This document shows, piece after piece, positions 11,353-24,098 of a stretch of DNA of 64,000 nt. Under the pieces are notes generated by a model. It was not told where the DNA came from. It searched no databases and saw only the letters and a list, made by a program, of their open reading frames with translations. Both the position numbers and the translations under genes were made by a program. Within the stretch, counting starts at the first letter, position 1. Each line of letters starts with the position of its first letter. Source of the DNA: Octopus vulgaris (lineage: Eukaryota); assembly GCA_951406725.2 (NCBI GenBank), contig OX597823.1, positions 79,918,001 through 79,982,000 on the forward strand, read 5' to 3'.

Positions 11353-12152
11353 TTTAATATAGTTGATAATGTCACATGATCATGAACAAATGTAAAGAAG
11401 AATTAAAAAGAATAATCACACGTAACTGGACAATACTAAAATGTGATAAAAATAGGACAGTGTTACGTGCACCGGAAATAGGACAATACCAAATATGTAA
11501 CAGATATTTAATTATGTCAGCAATGGGAGGACATGAACGATGCAATAAAAAGCTTAGCAATTGCAAGAGAAAAATCTAAAATGAAAATAAAAACATGCTT
11601 GTCTCAAATAACAAGAATGTATATTTCGCTAACAGTTTAGAAGTGTGGGAAGGAAATCAAAATGTTCTGATGCTTTCCACCCGTAAAGACATCAAACAGA
11701 AGTAAACAAGATTAACAGAGACAATATATCCCAATGCATTAGGAGTCAATGAAGCGGTGGGCGCTTATCAAATAGAAATATTATGATAAGTAAAGGCGAT
11801 GAGATTCGAAGAAAAAAACAGTAAAAAAAAAAGTCGATAAGAAACAAACAAAACTATACATATCATATGAGGTCGATGTTAAATATGATACATCACGCTT
11901 ATATTACACCATCATGCCATTTATCTGTCTATCTATCAATCTATCTGTTTGCCTAACTGTCTGCCTATCTATTTATCTTTCTATTTATCTGTCTATCTAT
12001 ATGTATGCACGACTGTCTGGATGTGTTTCTCTGGTGTCTGCTTAACTATGATTATAAACATATTATCAAGAAAGGTTTCCATTTCAGTTCTAAGTTCCAG
12101 ATTTGATGAGAACGACATACCTTGCAATGAGAATTTAAAACACTTTAAACAT

Positions 12153-12193
<41 letters not shown>

Positions 12194-12197
12194 TACA

Positions 12198-12235
<38 letters not shown>

Positions 12236-12900
12236 AAAATATAGGGAATATAATGTTGAGAATAATTATGATAACGAGGCTGCTGTTAATACTACTATTA
12301 CAACTACTGCTACTACTACTACTACTACTACTACTGCTACAACTACTGTTACTACTACTACTACTACTACTACAACTAGTAGTAGTAGTAGTAGTAGTAG
12401 TAACAGCAACAATAACATCATCATCATCATGCTGATCTGGGCGGCGTAAACAAGGTAAGAACTATTCCAGATACGATAACACACATACAGCAACACAGAT
12501 ACACACACACATACACACACACATACACACACAACACACACACACACACACACACACTCGCAAACACATACACACACATACACACACACACACACACACA
12601 TACACACACAAATGATACAACTGGAGAACATCAGGACATAAGTTCCCAAACTTCAGATTAAAATATTTCACATCGAAACACACGGTATCAGCTCGATTGT
12701 TTAATAAGATGCCAAAGAAGCTGGAGGCAACACAACGATTGCGTCTCTGTGCTGCGATGAATGTTGTATTAATCTCCAAGAGAACAGAGACAAGCAAACA
12801 CCAACGACAGCAGAATTCATTAACTGCTTGCATGCGGCATGCTAGAGAATAAACAAACAAACAAAACAAATAACTAAATAATTAAATAGATCCTTAGGAA

Positions 12901-12964
12901 AATAAGAACCTGTTTCTAAACGGGAAGGTTCAAATAAGAACCTGTTTCTAAACGAGAAGGTTCA
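12901..12964. repeat. 32-bp tandem duplication
   Basis: AATAAGAACCTGTTTCTAAACG(G/A)GAAGGTTCA occurs twice. Confidence 0.9.
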
Positions 12965-13112
12965 AATGGCTGCAAAGGTCAATTAACTGATCAACGCTGA
13001 CAGAACTGAAGATTGTAGAAAGAGAACCATGTTTCTGAGTATAGAATGGATATTGACTACCAAAAAGATTTTGACTATGATCCTCATAGTTGAATCCATC
13101 AAATATTGCTTT

Positions 13113-13952
13113 AAAATTTGGACACAAGGCTATCAGTTTTAGTGGTGAGGGCTGGTTGGTTATCCTTACCTTTTGACCGACAGATTTAAAAAATAATTTT
13201 TTGTAACTAAACACTTTCAAACTTCGGACACTGGTAGAATGTGTCATATAAAACATCTTTTACTCTTAGCGTTTTTGAGAGAAGCTTATATTTAGGAAGT
13301 TATTTCACGTTAAAGTTGGCGTATTTCGGTAATTTCAACGAATCAATGACGTGTATTCAGCTGAATAAAATTACTACTGTTGTTTGTCAACAATAACTTC
13401 CGGCGGTGTATATTTCGTTTGTCATTGTTATTTACGACAACCCTAAAACCCTAACCCTAACCCTAACATCCTAACCCTAAAACCCTAACTCTAACCTTAA
13501 AAACCTTAAAGCTAAAACCAGTGCAAACGCACGAACGATGTCATAAATAACAGTGACAACCGAAAATACACCGTCGATAGTTGTTGTTGACAAACAACGG
13601 CAGTAATATTATTCAGCTGAATACACGTCATTGATTCGTTGAAATTACCGAAATACGCCAACCTTAACGTGAAATAACTTCCTAAATATAAGCTCTTCTC
13701 AAAAACGCTAAGAGTAAAAGATGTTTTATATGACACATTCTACCAGTGTCCGAAATTTGAAAGTGTTTAGTTACAAAAAATTATTTTTTAAATCTGTCGG
13801 TCAAAAGGTAAAGATCCGGTACTTATTTTATTGACTTCAAAAGTATGAAAGGCAAAGTCGATCTCGGCATTTGAACCCAGAACGTAAAGGCGGACGAAAG
13901 GCCGCGAAGCATTTTGCTCGGCATGCTAACAGTTCTGCCACCTCGCCGCTTT
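13113..13952 (-). mobile_element. SINE family A copy split by the foldback MITE (13113-13161 plus 13816-13952)
   Basis: Left flank resembles the family A short tail (AAATTTGGACACAAGGC). Right flank continues GGTACTTATTTTATTGAC...CTCGCCGCTT. Confidence 0.7.
13162..13815. mobile_element. Foldback MITE with about 277-bp inverted arms and a central (CCCTAA)n-like tract
   Basis: 13162-13439 is the reverse complement of 13539-13815 with few differences. The spacer contains degenerate CCCTAA units. Confidence 0.92.
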
Positions 13953-14159
13953 AAGGATCCTTGACCTATTAACAATGCTAGCATTAATGGTAAGGTACAT
14001 AAAATATATCATGCGTAAAAGGCAACCTATTCTGGAATTATAAAAACATACACCATTTTTTTGTATCGTAACAAGAGTATTCCAAGGAGGTGTCATCTAA
14101 TGGAAGAACTGCTGTGAGATTCGCATTGGAAAAATAAATCAAGGGAACACTGAAGAGAA

Positions 14160-14990
14160 AAAAAAATTAATTAAAAACACTATTATGATACTTAATAAAG
14201 AAATGGAGATACGTGGATTAGACCAAGCACAAATTTACAAACATTTTGGTTGTAATTAACTGGGTAGAATACGATACATACAAATGAAAGAAAAAGTTAG
14301 AAAGGAATGTTACGAATGCATTGCGTAATACTTAAAACGGAGTTGAATGCATCATATAAAGTAATAGGTACCAACACTTCGTTACAGGAAAAGCAGTTCA
14401 AAAATGTTCAACTGAAAGCTAAATGAACTAGCATGATTAGACGTAAAAACATGAAAATTAATAACTGCATTTAGAATAGACCACCCAAAATCTGACATAG
14501 AAAGGTTATATCTCCCACGAATGCGGGGAGGATGGGAGTTTATGCAAATAGTAAACTATTATAGAATATCCTCTGTTGGAGTAAAAAATGGAATACGTAG
14601 TAAAAATAATCGAAAGCTAATACAAGTAAAATACAAGACACGACGAAAAGAAAACACTTCGTTTTATATTCAAAGACGCCAGAAAAAAATGCAAAACAGA
14701 AATTGTAAAGTAAGACAGCTGTGAAGAGAAAGGTAAAACAGCAGTCGTGAAAAAGTAAAATGTACGCTAAAAGTGGTGTTACAGAATGTTATGTTAGAGC
14801 AATGGTTAAAAGGAAAAACCGTTCCTACTTGGGCAATATCTTCAAGAAAAAGAAGGAGACGAAGAAAAAGTGCGTCTATGGCTGAGAAGTGCAGGAGTCA
14901 GAGCTAATACTCAAGTAATTTTGATTTTGAAGCTCAGGTCAAACCTTCTATTACAAACCATCAAGAGTGTATAATAAAGCAGAATATAAT
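14160..14990 (+). pseudogene. Decayed R4/Dong-like non-LTR retrotransposon, RT C-terminal/thumb region
   Basis: Translation: IYKHFG..MKEKVRKECY..ILKTELNA..LDVKT.KLIT..HPKSDIERLYLPRMRGGWEF..WLRSAGVRANT, matching the R4-clade YKYLG / HPKSDIERLYLPR.EGGRGL / WL...LK.ETEG motifs. A RDLEID fragment follows at about 15700. Confidence 0.8.
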
Positions 14991-14994
14991 GGTC

Positions 14995-15662
14995 TCAAAT
15001 TTTGGCACAAGCCAGCAATTTTGGAGGAGGAGGTTAGTCGATTACATTGACTCCAGTGTTCAACTGGTACTTATTCCATATATCCCGCAATAATGAAAGG
15101 CAAAGTCGACCTCGACGGGATTTGAACTGAGAACGTGAAGCTGGAAGAAATGCCGTTAAACATTTTGTCCGATGTGTTAACGATTCTGCCAGCTCACCGC
15201 CTTTTAATAATAATCCTTCCTACTCTAGGCACAACACCTGAAATTCTGAGGAAAGGTGCAGGTGACTACATCGACCCCAATGCTCGACTGGTACGTATTT
15301 TCAGCAGCCCCATAAGAATAAAAAGCAAATTCGACCTCGGTGGCAGTTGAACTCAGATTCTAAAGAGCTAGAAGATATGGTGAAAGGCATTTTATACGAC
15401 GCTTATACTATTCTACAATCATTTCATTATTATGTACAGGGTTAGGGTGACGAGCTGGCAGAATCGTTAGCGCGTTGGACGAAATGCTTAACGATATTTC
15501 GCCCGTCGCTACGTTCTGAGTTCAAATTCCGCTGAGGTCGACTTTGCCTTTCATCCTTTCGGGGTCGATAAAATAAACACCATGAGAGTACTGGGGTCGA
15601 TGTAATCGACTATCATCCGACCATAAATTTCAGACCTTGTACTGATAACAGAAAGGATTATT
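14995..15662. mobile_element. Three SINE family A copies: 14995-15203 (-), 15207-15410 (-, diverged), 15445-15662 (+)
   Basis: Family A core is present in each. Confidence 0.85.
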
Positions 15663-16120
15663 ACGTGCAAGGGATCGAAAATATGTCATAAAATGGAAAG
15701 TGCGTTGATCAAGGGACTTGGAAATAGATGTTGGTGGTATCTGACACCTCACGTAAAGACGAGGACAAAACTGAAAGACGTTATACGATTAAAGTTGGGG
15801 CAGAGCGGAATAAATGGAAAAATACAATAAAAGAACTCTAAATTTAAAGAAGAAATACTTTAAAGAGAAAATAAAGCAAAACCCATTTATGGTTCTCACC
15901 CATATATGGTAGCAAATCATCGGCTAGGCTGAGTTTTTTCACCTCGTCATTGCTCATTCTACAGACTTGTTTGCCCAAAAATAACCGTTAATGCTTCCGA
16001 GTAGTTTGGGCTAGAAAACTACACACGTCATTACGTTGTATCTGCTTTAGTCCGCTGTAATATATATAAATATTTTTTAACTTTTATCCTGTCGAATTAG
16101 TGTAAAGTATATTCTCTTCC

Positions 16121-16431
16121 GTAGAGACACTATGGCCCAGTGGTTACGGCAGCGGACTCGTGGTCGTAGGATCGCGGTTTCGATTTCCAGACCGGGCGTC
16201 GTGAGTGTTTATTGAACGAAAACACCTAAAGCTTCTCAAGGCTCCAGCAGGGGGTGGTGGCGATCCCTCCTGTACTCTTTCGCCACAACTTTCTCTCACT
16301 CTTTCTTCTGTTGGTCTGCTCGCTTAGCCAGCGGGGTGACGTCATTTGAAGGCTAAAACTATGCGAAGCGCATTGTGACCAGCGATGTGTAGCAACATCT
16401 GATAGCCTGGTCGGTCACGGTGATCACAGTG
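16121..16431 (+). mobile_element. SINE family C, alternative-tail variant, with TSD
   Basis: tRNA-like head TGGCCCAGTGGTTA..GGTTTCGATTT; flanked by ATATTCTCTTCC / ATATTCTATTCC; tail ends TCACGGTGATCACAGTG. Confidence 0.88.
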
Positions 16432-17379
16432 ATATTCTATTCCATCACTTCTTTCTCAATAATCAACACATACCAACAATACCTCTCGTACCGTAAATGT
16501 GTGATTGTGCCTTTTACATATTGGTTCGACGTTCGAAGGACAGAGAAATCTTAATTCATTGTCCTCCATAATATCTCTGTTGTTTCTATAAGGAACATCG
16601 TTGTTGTTTCGAAGAGGCTGCTTTTACTCATCAACATTTGTTACATTCCATTGGTGTTCACCCTTCTTTCCGATGAATTATTTTTCTTCTTCCGTCTCGC
16701 ATTTTTCCTGGCGGTCTGAAACAACAACAATAACGCTTGCATACATATTTGCGCGTGGATGTGGTTAATGATACTGCTATTGATATAATTTCTTTTCCCA
16801 TTAAATGCTGATTTAAATGCGCCATTTTTTTTTTTCCTTTTTGTCGTAAAAGTTAATTATGTGTTGCAGTTTCTTTCAGCACTATCGCTCCTTTTCTTTT
16901 TTTTTTTTTTGTGCTGCTGTGTTATTTTAATTTTTTGTTAGTTTGTTTGAGGGCGTATTGTCTTCGTTTTGTAGATATTTGACGTGAATCTGTTGTCGAA
17001 ATGTGAATTCAAATATAATATAGGATTTGTTAAGACAATCATTTTTAATTTAGGCCCAAGACTCGTAATTTGATGGAAAGTGATAGGAAAGAAGAGGTAA
17101 GTGGCAGATAGACTATTTTATCGAAGTTAGTGCTTGACTGATAATTTAAGATATATGATTCAACGAAAGAATCTCCCGTGAATAAAATTCGACGAGGAAA
17201 TAACAATAAAAAAAAAACGCCAAAACAACAATCACTGACTTAACGAATTAGCCTGAAACATCAATTTCACACGTTTGAGCTAATTTAATATATGCAGCAA
17301 TCACAGTAATCACAAAAGCATGTGGTTACATCCTCAAATATACTCACAAGAATTTGAAAAAATCTAAGCAAACGTAAAA

Positions 17380-18500
17380 ACAGAAAGAAAATAAGTGATA
17401 CCGCTCAATCTTTCATTACTTCAAGTAAAAAGCAGCAATGAACAAATGAAGAGAACCGGTACAATAGAAATGTTGATTAAGGAAGTATTAACAATAAAAC
17501 ACAAGGAACATGAAAGGTGATAAAGATTTTCTGAACAGAACAAACGGTTCGATTCCAACCGAAAACTACTTTATGAGCGAGTGAGGAATTATTTTTTAAA
17601 TCAACCGTGTAACAATATTCTTTTCTACACTTGGCACAAGGCCCGAAATCTTGGGGGAGGGAGCCAATCGATTAGATCGACCCCAGTATGCAGCTGACAC
17701 TTAATTTATCGACCCCGAAAGGATTAAAGGCAGAGTCGACCTCGGTGGAATTTGAACTCAGAACGTAAAGACAGACGAAATACCGCCAAGCATTGCGCCC
17801 GGCGTGCTAACGTTTCTTATTTCTTTATTGCCCCAAAAGGGGTTAAACATTTAGAGGACAAACAAGGACAGACAGACAGATTAAGTTGATTATATCGACC
17901 CCAGTGCGTAACTGGTACTTATTTAATCGACCCCCGAAAGGATGAAAAGCAAAGTCGACCTCGGCGGAATTTGAACTCAGAACGTAACGGTAGAGGAAAT
18001 ACTGCTAAGCATTTGCCAGCTCGCCGCCCTAGCCTGGTACCAATATTAAATGACATAAAGGTGGTGAGCAGGCAGAATCGTTATTACGGTGAGTAAAAGT
18101 GTCTAGCGACATTTCATCTGTTCTTATGTTCTGAGTTCGAATTCCGCTGGGTCGATAAAATAAGTACCAGTTGAGCACTAGTGTCGACGTAATCGGCTTA
18201 CACCTTCCCCAAACATTTCTGATCTTGTATCAAAATTTGAAACCCATATTATGTGATGTAGAAAAATTCTGGACTGTAGACAGCGAAGGATTCACCGAAG
18301 ATGTGAATGGTGAAAACAGTAAATGCAGTACCAAAAAATCAGAGGAGGCCATATCAATATAATAAATAACTCTAACATTACACAAAAGGAGGAATAACTC
18401 AGCATTAGAAAACGCTAAAATTTCAAGCTTCTCTTGAAATATTTCGTAAAAGATAAAGTAGCAACGGTGACGTAAGGTAGCACCAAAATTTGTCACGAAA
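17380..18500 (+). pseudogene. Possible R4/Dong-like pre-RT fragments (about 17380-17590 and 18250-18500) interrupted by SINEs
   Basis: EQNKRFDSNRKLLYE and DVEKFW resemble the R4 QNRLFESNQKRLY / KFW motifs; heavily decayed. Confidence 0.4.
17615..18250. mobile_element. SINE family A cluster: two tandem minus copies 17615-18030 and a plus copy 18058-18250
   Basis: Family A head and core in each copy. Confidence 0.88.
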
Positions 18501-18539
18501 AAATGGCAACCACTTCTGCCTATATAAAACAATAACAAT

Positions 18540-18748
18540 AATATTTTCTACTATAGGCACAACGACTGAAATTGTTGGGGAGAGAGACCTAGTTGATTTC
18601 ATTGAGCCCAGTACTTGACTGGGACTTATTTTATCGACCTCAGGAGAATGAAAGGCTAAGTGAACTGCGGCGGAATTTAAACTCAAAATGTAAAGCCGGA
18701 CGAAGTGCCACTAAAGGTTTGTTCGATGTCTTAATGATTCTGGCTGGT
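18540..18748 (-). mobile_element. SINE family A, diverged
   Basis: Degenerate core and short tail. Confidence 0.7.
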
Positions 18749-19620
18749 CAACAATAACAATAATCATCACCATTGTTGTTAACAATAATACTAATGGTTA
18801 TTACCATTGTTGTTGCTGTTGTTGTTGTCTCTAAGTTGTTCTAATCGCAAACATCGACACTCTGAAAGTTTACGAGGATTTTCGTATATTTTTTTGACTA
18901 AAATCGAATTTCTTTCTTATAATTGTTTAATACATTCTAAGAGAAAAAGTAAGTTGAAAGACTTGCAACGCTGCCTCTAATTACAAGAAGTATTGTAATT
19001 TTTACCCCTGACAGCTGCAGCCAGCAGACAAAATTGTTTTTGTATCTCCATGTTAAAAGCAAGGTTAATATTCAGTCAAGCTAATCAGCCAGAACAATCT
19101 TTGCTTACTAAGCAACAATATGAAAGAAAACCACGATGATTACTGAACCTAAATTTCTGAAAGTGTCGCGTTGGATGTAGCCAGATTTCTTGAAGAAGTG
19201 CTACCGGGCAAGACGGACATATTCTTTGAATGACGTGCAAAGCAAAAAGCCACCATCATGATATTTCATGATAAATGAACCACAAAAATATAGTTATAAC
19301 ATTTAGCAAGAATTTATTTCATCAAACGACTTTTCTATAATTCCGAGTAGAAACACTTCCTGCCATTTTGTAACCATCGAAATATTTATTGAAAGAACAA
19401 AGTATCCCCCTCCTCTATCATTAGTCCAGCATGTATTCTCACTTAATGAAGGCCATCTGCTGACCTACTTGAAGATATGCCGGTAGCCTTCGGTAATTTC
19501 TGAGTGTATGTATTTTTGCAAAATTGGTAGCTTTTAGGAAAGCTCTTGACTAATAGATGAATAACAATCAACGACATAACGTGCATGAATGTGCTATGTT
19601 TTCATTTGCCGTCATTCACT

Positions 19621-19890
19621 CTTTCTCTTTTGTCTTTTGCTTGTTTCAGTCATTTTGACTGCGGCCATGCTGGAGCACCGCCTTTACTCGAGCAAATCGA
19701 CCACAGGACTTATTCTTTAGAATCCTAGTACTTATTCTATCGGTCTCTTTTGCCGAAACGCTAAGTTACGGGAACATAAACACACCAGCATCGGTTGTCA
19801 AGCGATGTTGCGGGAACAAACGCAGACACAAAAACATATACACACACATACATATACATATATACATATATACATACATACATACATACA

Positions 19891-19954
<64 letters not shown>

Positions 19955-20117
19955 TACGACGGGCTTCTTTCAGTTTCCGTCTACCAAATCCACTCTCAAG
20001 GATTTGGTCGACCCGAGGCTATAGTAGAATACACTTGTCCAAGGTGCCACGCAGTGGGAATGAACCTGGAACCATGTGGTTGGTAAGCAAGCTACTTACC
20101 ACACAGCCACTCCTGTG
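19621..20117 (-). mobile_element. SINE family B, full length
   Basis: Colinear with 7165-7666; internal (TACA)n(TA)n. Confidence 0.92.
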
Positions 20118-20677
20118 TTAATAATTATTCCAATGGTATTCCAAAGATTTAAGATCGTGTGTTGTTTGTTGACTTTGTTTGTTCTGTCTTGGATTCTCTT
20201 ACTAATCATGCTAAGATTTTGTTTTATGATCTTAACTTATGTTACCTGAATGTACCAAAATTCCTACTGATTAACTTCAAAGCAGAACAACCTCCCAATG
20301 GTTAATGAACGGATATTGACGTCATCTACCTCATCTACCAATCAGAGGCGTCCCATTCCTTTGCATATCTCGACTACCACATTACATTCCATTATTTTAG
20401 ACTCCTCAATGAGTACTGCGCACGGTAAAATCAACAGCACGAAATCTTTAAGTTTGATGAAATAATGTTCTTTACCAAAATGTATTTAGACACATGCACG
20501 AGCTCGGGTGTGCGTGCGTGCGTGTGTGTGTATGTGTGTGCGTGTGCGTGTATGTACGCGCACGTTTGTGTATGTGCACGTGAGGTATGTACTAGCAGCT
20601 TAAATAAAACCTGACAATTTTCAGTCGTTCCATGAAAGGTAATTCCTTCGGAATAGTTACATCCAAGCATTTCAGAA

Positions 20678-21100
20678 GATGGTCCAAAGCACAAACCTGA
20701 GGCTGTGTTAGAGAGAAAAAGAATTATAAGATTTTATGTAACTTGTTCCGACAAGTCTAACCAAACCAATGAAGCATTAAGACCAAATACGATCGTAGAG
20801 GACGAAAGAAACGAACAGTATAAGATCATAGAGTCTGCAATATCCTATGGCAATAGAGTGGATACCAAAGAAACGGGAAAAAAAAACAAGGCAGAAATAT
20901 CAGGTCCTAGCCACAAAGATGAAGAGGTTGTGAAAGACGAAGATGATAATTATCCCTGTAGCATTTAATGCACCTGGGACAGTATACAAATTGCTACCTA
21001 AAGGGGTGAAAGATATTGCAGTTGAGACTCGCTTTATCGATCTCTTGAAAAGTGCAATCCTGTATTCAGCAAGAATCCCGAGGTTCTTGAGATGCGAGGA
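20678..21100 (+). pseudogene. Decayed R4/Dong-like 3' end: restriction-like (REL) endonuclease domain
   Basis: ORF 20705-20968 and the adjacent frame give ALRPNTIVEDERNEQYKIIESAISY..DTKE..KYQVLA..IIPVAFNAPGT..LLKSAILYSARI, matching the RPD..IID.A.P..KE..KY..L..IP.V.GALGT..QK.A.L..ARI pattern. Confidence 0.8.
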
Positions 21101-21736
21101 GGCGTATAGTCATTAAACCTCAAAACAACAACTCTACTAACTAATATAGCATGTGTTAGTCATAATAATGAATATAAAAAAGAGATTAAGATATAAATAT
21201 AGAATAAGAAGTGAAAATATACATAGAAGCTAAAATATAATTTTGCTCATACCCTGTGGGAAATTTGCTTTTTTTTAAATATTCTAATAAACTACAGTAA
21301 TACTCCAAAGGAATTAGCTTCCTAATTAGTAAAACTTCCCAGTGTCTATTTTTGTGCTTTAGGGTAGACAATATTTTTAGATTTTCTAACAGGAGCTAAA
21401 CAAGAACAAATTTCATAAATTGTCTCGTAGCCAATGATTATTCACACTTGGGTAAAACTGAGGCCAACAACTTGGAAAATATATACATACTTACATACAT
21501 ACGTACAAACATTCAGACAGATAAACATACAGACATAAAAAGTTATCAGCTAGTTAAATTGCACATTGCAAATATAATCTGTAAGTAAGACAGTAAAAAT
21601 ATGTGAGATTTCTCTCAAGTTTAAAATGTGACTTTGTTTTTGCCATCTACATTCCAACGATGGCGCTTTGTCGTCTTAGTTAGAAACCAGCTTCTTCTTC
21701 AGAGGAAGAATTCGAGTAAGTAAAGACAGAAGAGAA

Positions 21737-21849
21737 TGTACATATATACATACATACATACATACATGCATGCATACGAACGTACGTAGTACATACACAC
21801 ATACTTACATACATGCATGCATACATACATACATGCATACATACATACA

Positions 21850-21883
<34 letters not shown>

Positions 21884-22340
21884 CATACATACATACATAC
21901 ATACATACATACGTACATACATACATAGATACATAATACATACATGCATGCATACATACATACATACATGCATACGTACAAACGTACGTACATACATACA
22001 TACAAACATGCTTACATACATATATGCACGCATGCGTACGTACGTACGTACATACATACATACGCACTACATACGTAGAAACATACATAATACATATATA
22101 CATACACGCATGCATGCGTACATACATACATGCATGTATAAACATGTATGCATACACGCATACATGCATGCATACATACATACATAGATACATAATACAT
22201 ACATGCATGCATACATGCATACATACATACATACATGCATACGTACAAACGTACGTACGTACATACATACATACATACATACATACATACATACATACAT
22301 ACATACATACATACATGTATGCATGCATACTTAAATACAT
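21737..22340. repeat. Degenerate (TACA)n array with higher-order duplication
   Basis: Direct reading. Confidence 0.92.
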
Positions 22341-22544
22341 AGATTCATTTATTCATTCGCACCAAATACTAGCATAACATTGACAGTTATTTGATACAGA
22401 AAAAAAAGTCGTGGACAGCCACGGAGCTTTGTTGTACTACAGATGAAAACATCGTTTGTAAATTCAGCAAGGAGTAGAGTAACAATCACAACAGCTTCAA
22501 ACACTGTATCTTCCGTAGTATCCTGATTATAAATTAATATTTAA

Positions 22545-22765
22545 CCCTTTAGTGTTCGCATTATTCTGCCAAAATTAATCCCTTTTCATCCACTTTGTTT
22601 TGAACTAATCATGCATTATCTTGTAGCTGTGAGATTTTGATGAGGTAGCTGTTAATTTTTAAAACGATATTGTAGGGTTGGTGTGAGAGACCAGATCTGG
22701 TCAGTTTGAACAGAAAACAGGCAGAATACTTTTGGCCAGATATGGCCGGTTTAAATGCTAAAGGG
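22545..22765. mobile_element. piggyBac-like MITE
   Basis: TTAA|CCCTTTAG ... CTAAAGGG|TTAA: CCC-start TIRs with a TTAA duplication. Confidence 0.85.
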
Positions 22766-23001
22766 TTAAAGCAATACATTTATATATAACGAAGTACAAC
22801 AATAATTGTTTGTGCGCTTGGTTAAATAATTAAGCAATTAATTGGGAAAGTTAGAACTTTCACGCAAAAAAAAAGAGACCGACTAAAGAGATTTTTACTC
22901 TCAAAATCTATAAGTGGAACAATAAAAGTATTTGTGACATCTTTTAAAGTTAGATATATAACAAACACACATAAAAAAAGCACACACATATACACGCACA
23001 A

Positions 23002-23054
<53 letters not shown>

Positions 23055-23241
23055 TACAGACAGACAGACCGAAGCAGGCTGGTAAGCAAATAGTTTCCTT
23101 TACAAATTAAGATTGCACTGTGTCTCATACGAATGTATAAATGTTAAAAGTCTCACTCGTAGATTATGATCCTTCTGGTATATTCAGATATATATGATAA
23201 TATCTGTGTACAGAGATTATGTTTGTGCTACTATATTTAAA

Positions 23242-23532
23242 GGAGGCGCAATGGCCCAGTGGTTAGGGCATCGGACTCGCGGTTGGAGGATCGCGGTTTC
23301 GATTCCCACATCGGGCGTTGTGTGTGTTTATTGAGCGAAAACACCTAAAAGCTCCACGAGGCTCCGTAAGGGGGTGGTGGCGACCCTTGTTGTACTCTTT
23401 CACCACAACTTTCTCTCACGCCCTCTTCCTGTTTCTTGAGTATCGCTGCGATGGACTGAAATACACCATAGAAACCGGGAAACCGAGCCCATGAGCCTGG
23501 CTAGGCTTGAAAAGGGCGACGTTTATCGTTAT
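23242..23532 (+). mobile_element. SINE family C, full length with 10-bp TSD
   Basis: tRNA-like head; tail GAAACCGGGAAACCGAGCCCATGAGCCTGG; TATATTTAAA at 23232-23241 and 23533-23542. Confidence 0.92.
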
Positions 23533-24098
23533 TATATTTAAATGCTTAACTCTCTTTATATTCCAATTAACCCTGTTTCAAGATATACAAGCATAAGTGT
23601 GACATTAAAATTCATGTACTAATTTGATACACCATTTTGTACATTGTAAGATTAAATCTAATGATTTAACTAATTGAATAATAATGCACATAAATAACTA
23701 AATTAGAAATTATAGTAGTTGAAAATTTTAGCACAGGGCCAGGAGGGGGGAAGTCAATCACATCGACTCAGTTTTTTTTTATGCGCCCTTTTCAAGCCTA
23801 GCAACGTTCATGGACCTGGTTTCCCGGTTTCTGTGGCGTATGTGTTCCCTCCAGCTGGACACCGAAAAATGGCAACACAGCTGTAAAAGAATCGTAAAAA
23901 ATAGGGATTTTTATAGAAAAAAGCACCTTTTTGATGTAAATAATTTTTTGTGTTAACATGGTCCGATTTGAATTCTTTTCTTCAACGGAATGAAGAGCAA
24001 GCCTTCTGCTATCGTACACTCAATTTTGGTTAACTTGCGCCGGAGGAGATAGTGTTAGTTGAAGGCTGCCAAACCTGCCACACACACACAGACAACTT

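Noticed and set aside
12430-12460. Strong plus-strand donor AAG|GTAAGA
   Set aside because: Upstream sequence is simple repeat with stops, and no plausible acceptor was found.
13440-13510. Telomere or chromosome-fusion site
   Set aside because: The CCCTAA run is short, degenerate and enclosed by the arms of a foldback element.
23242-23315. tRNA-like sequences here and in the other family A-D heads
   Set aside because: They continue into SINE bodies with TSDs and lack a clean cloverleaf and terminator, so they are SINE heads rather than tRNA genes.
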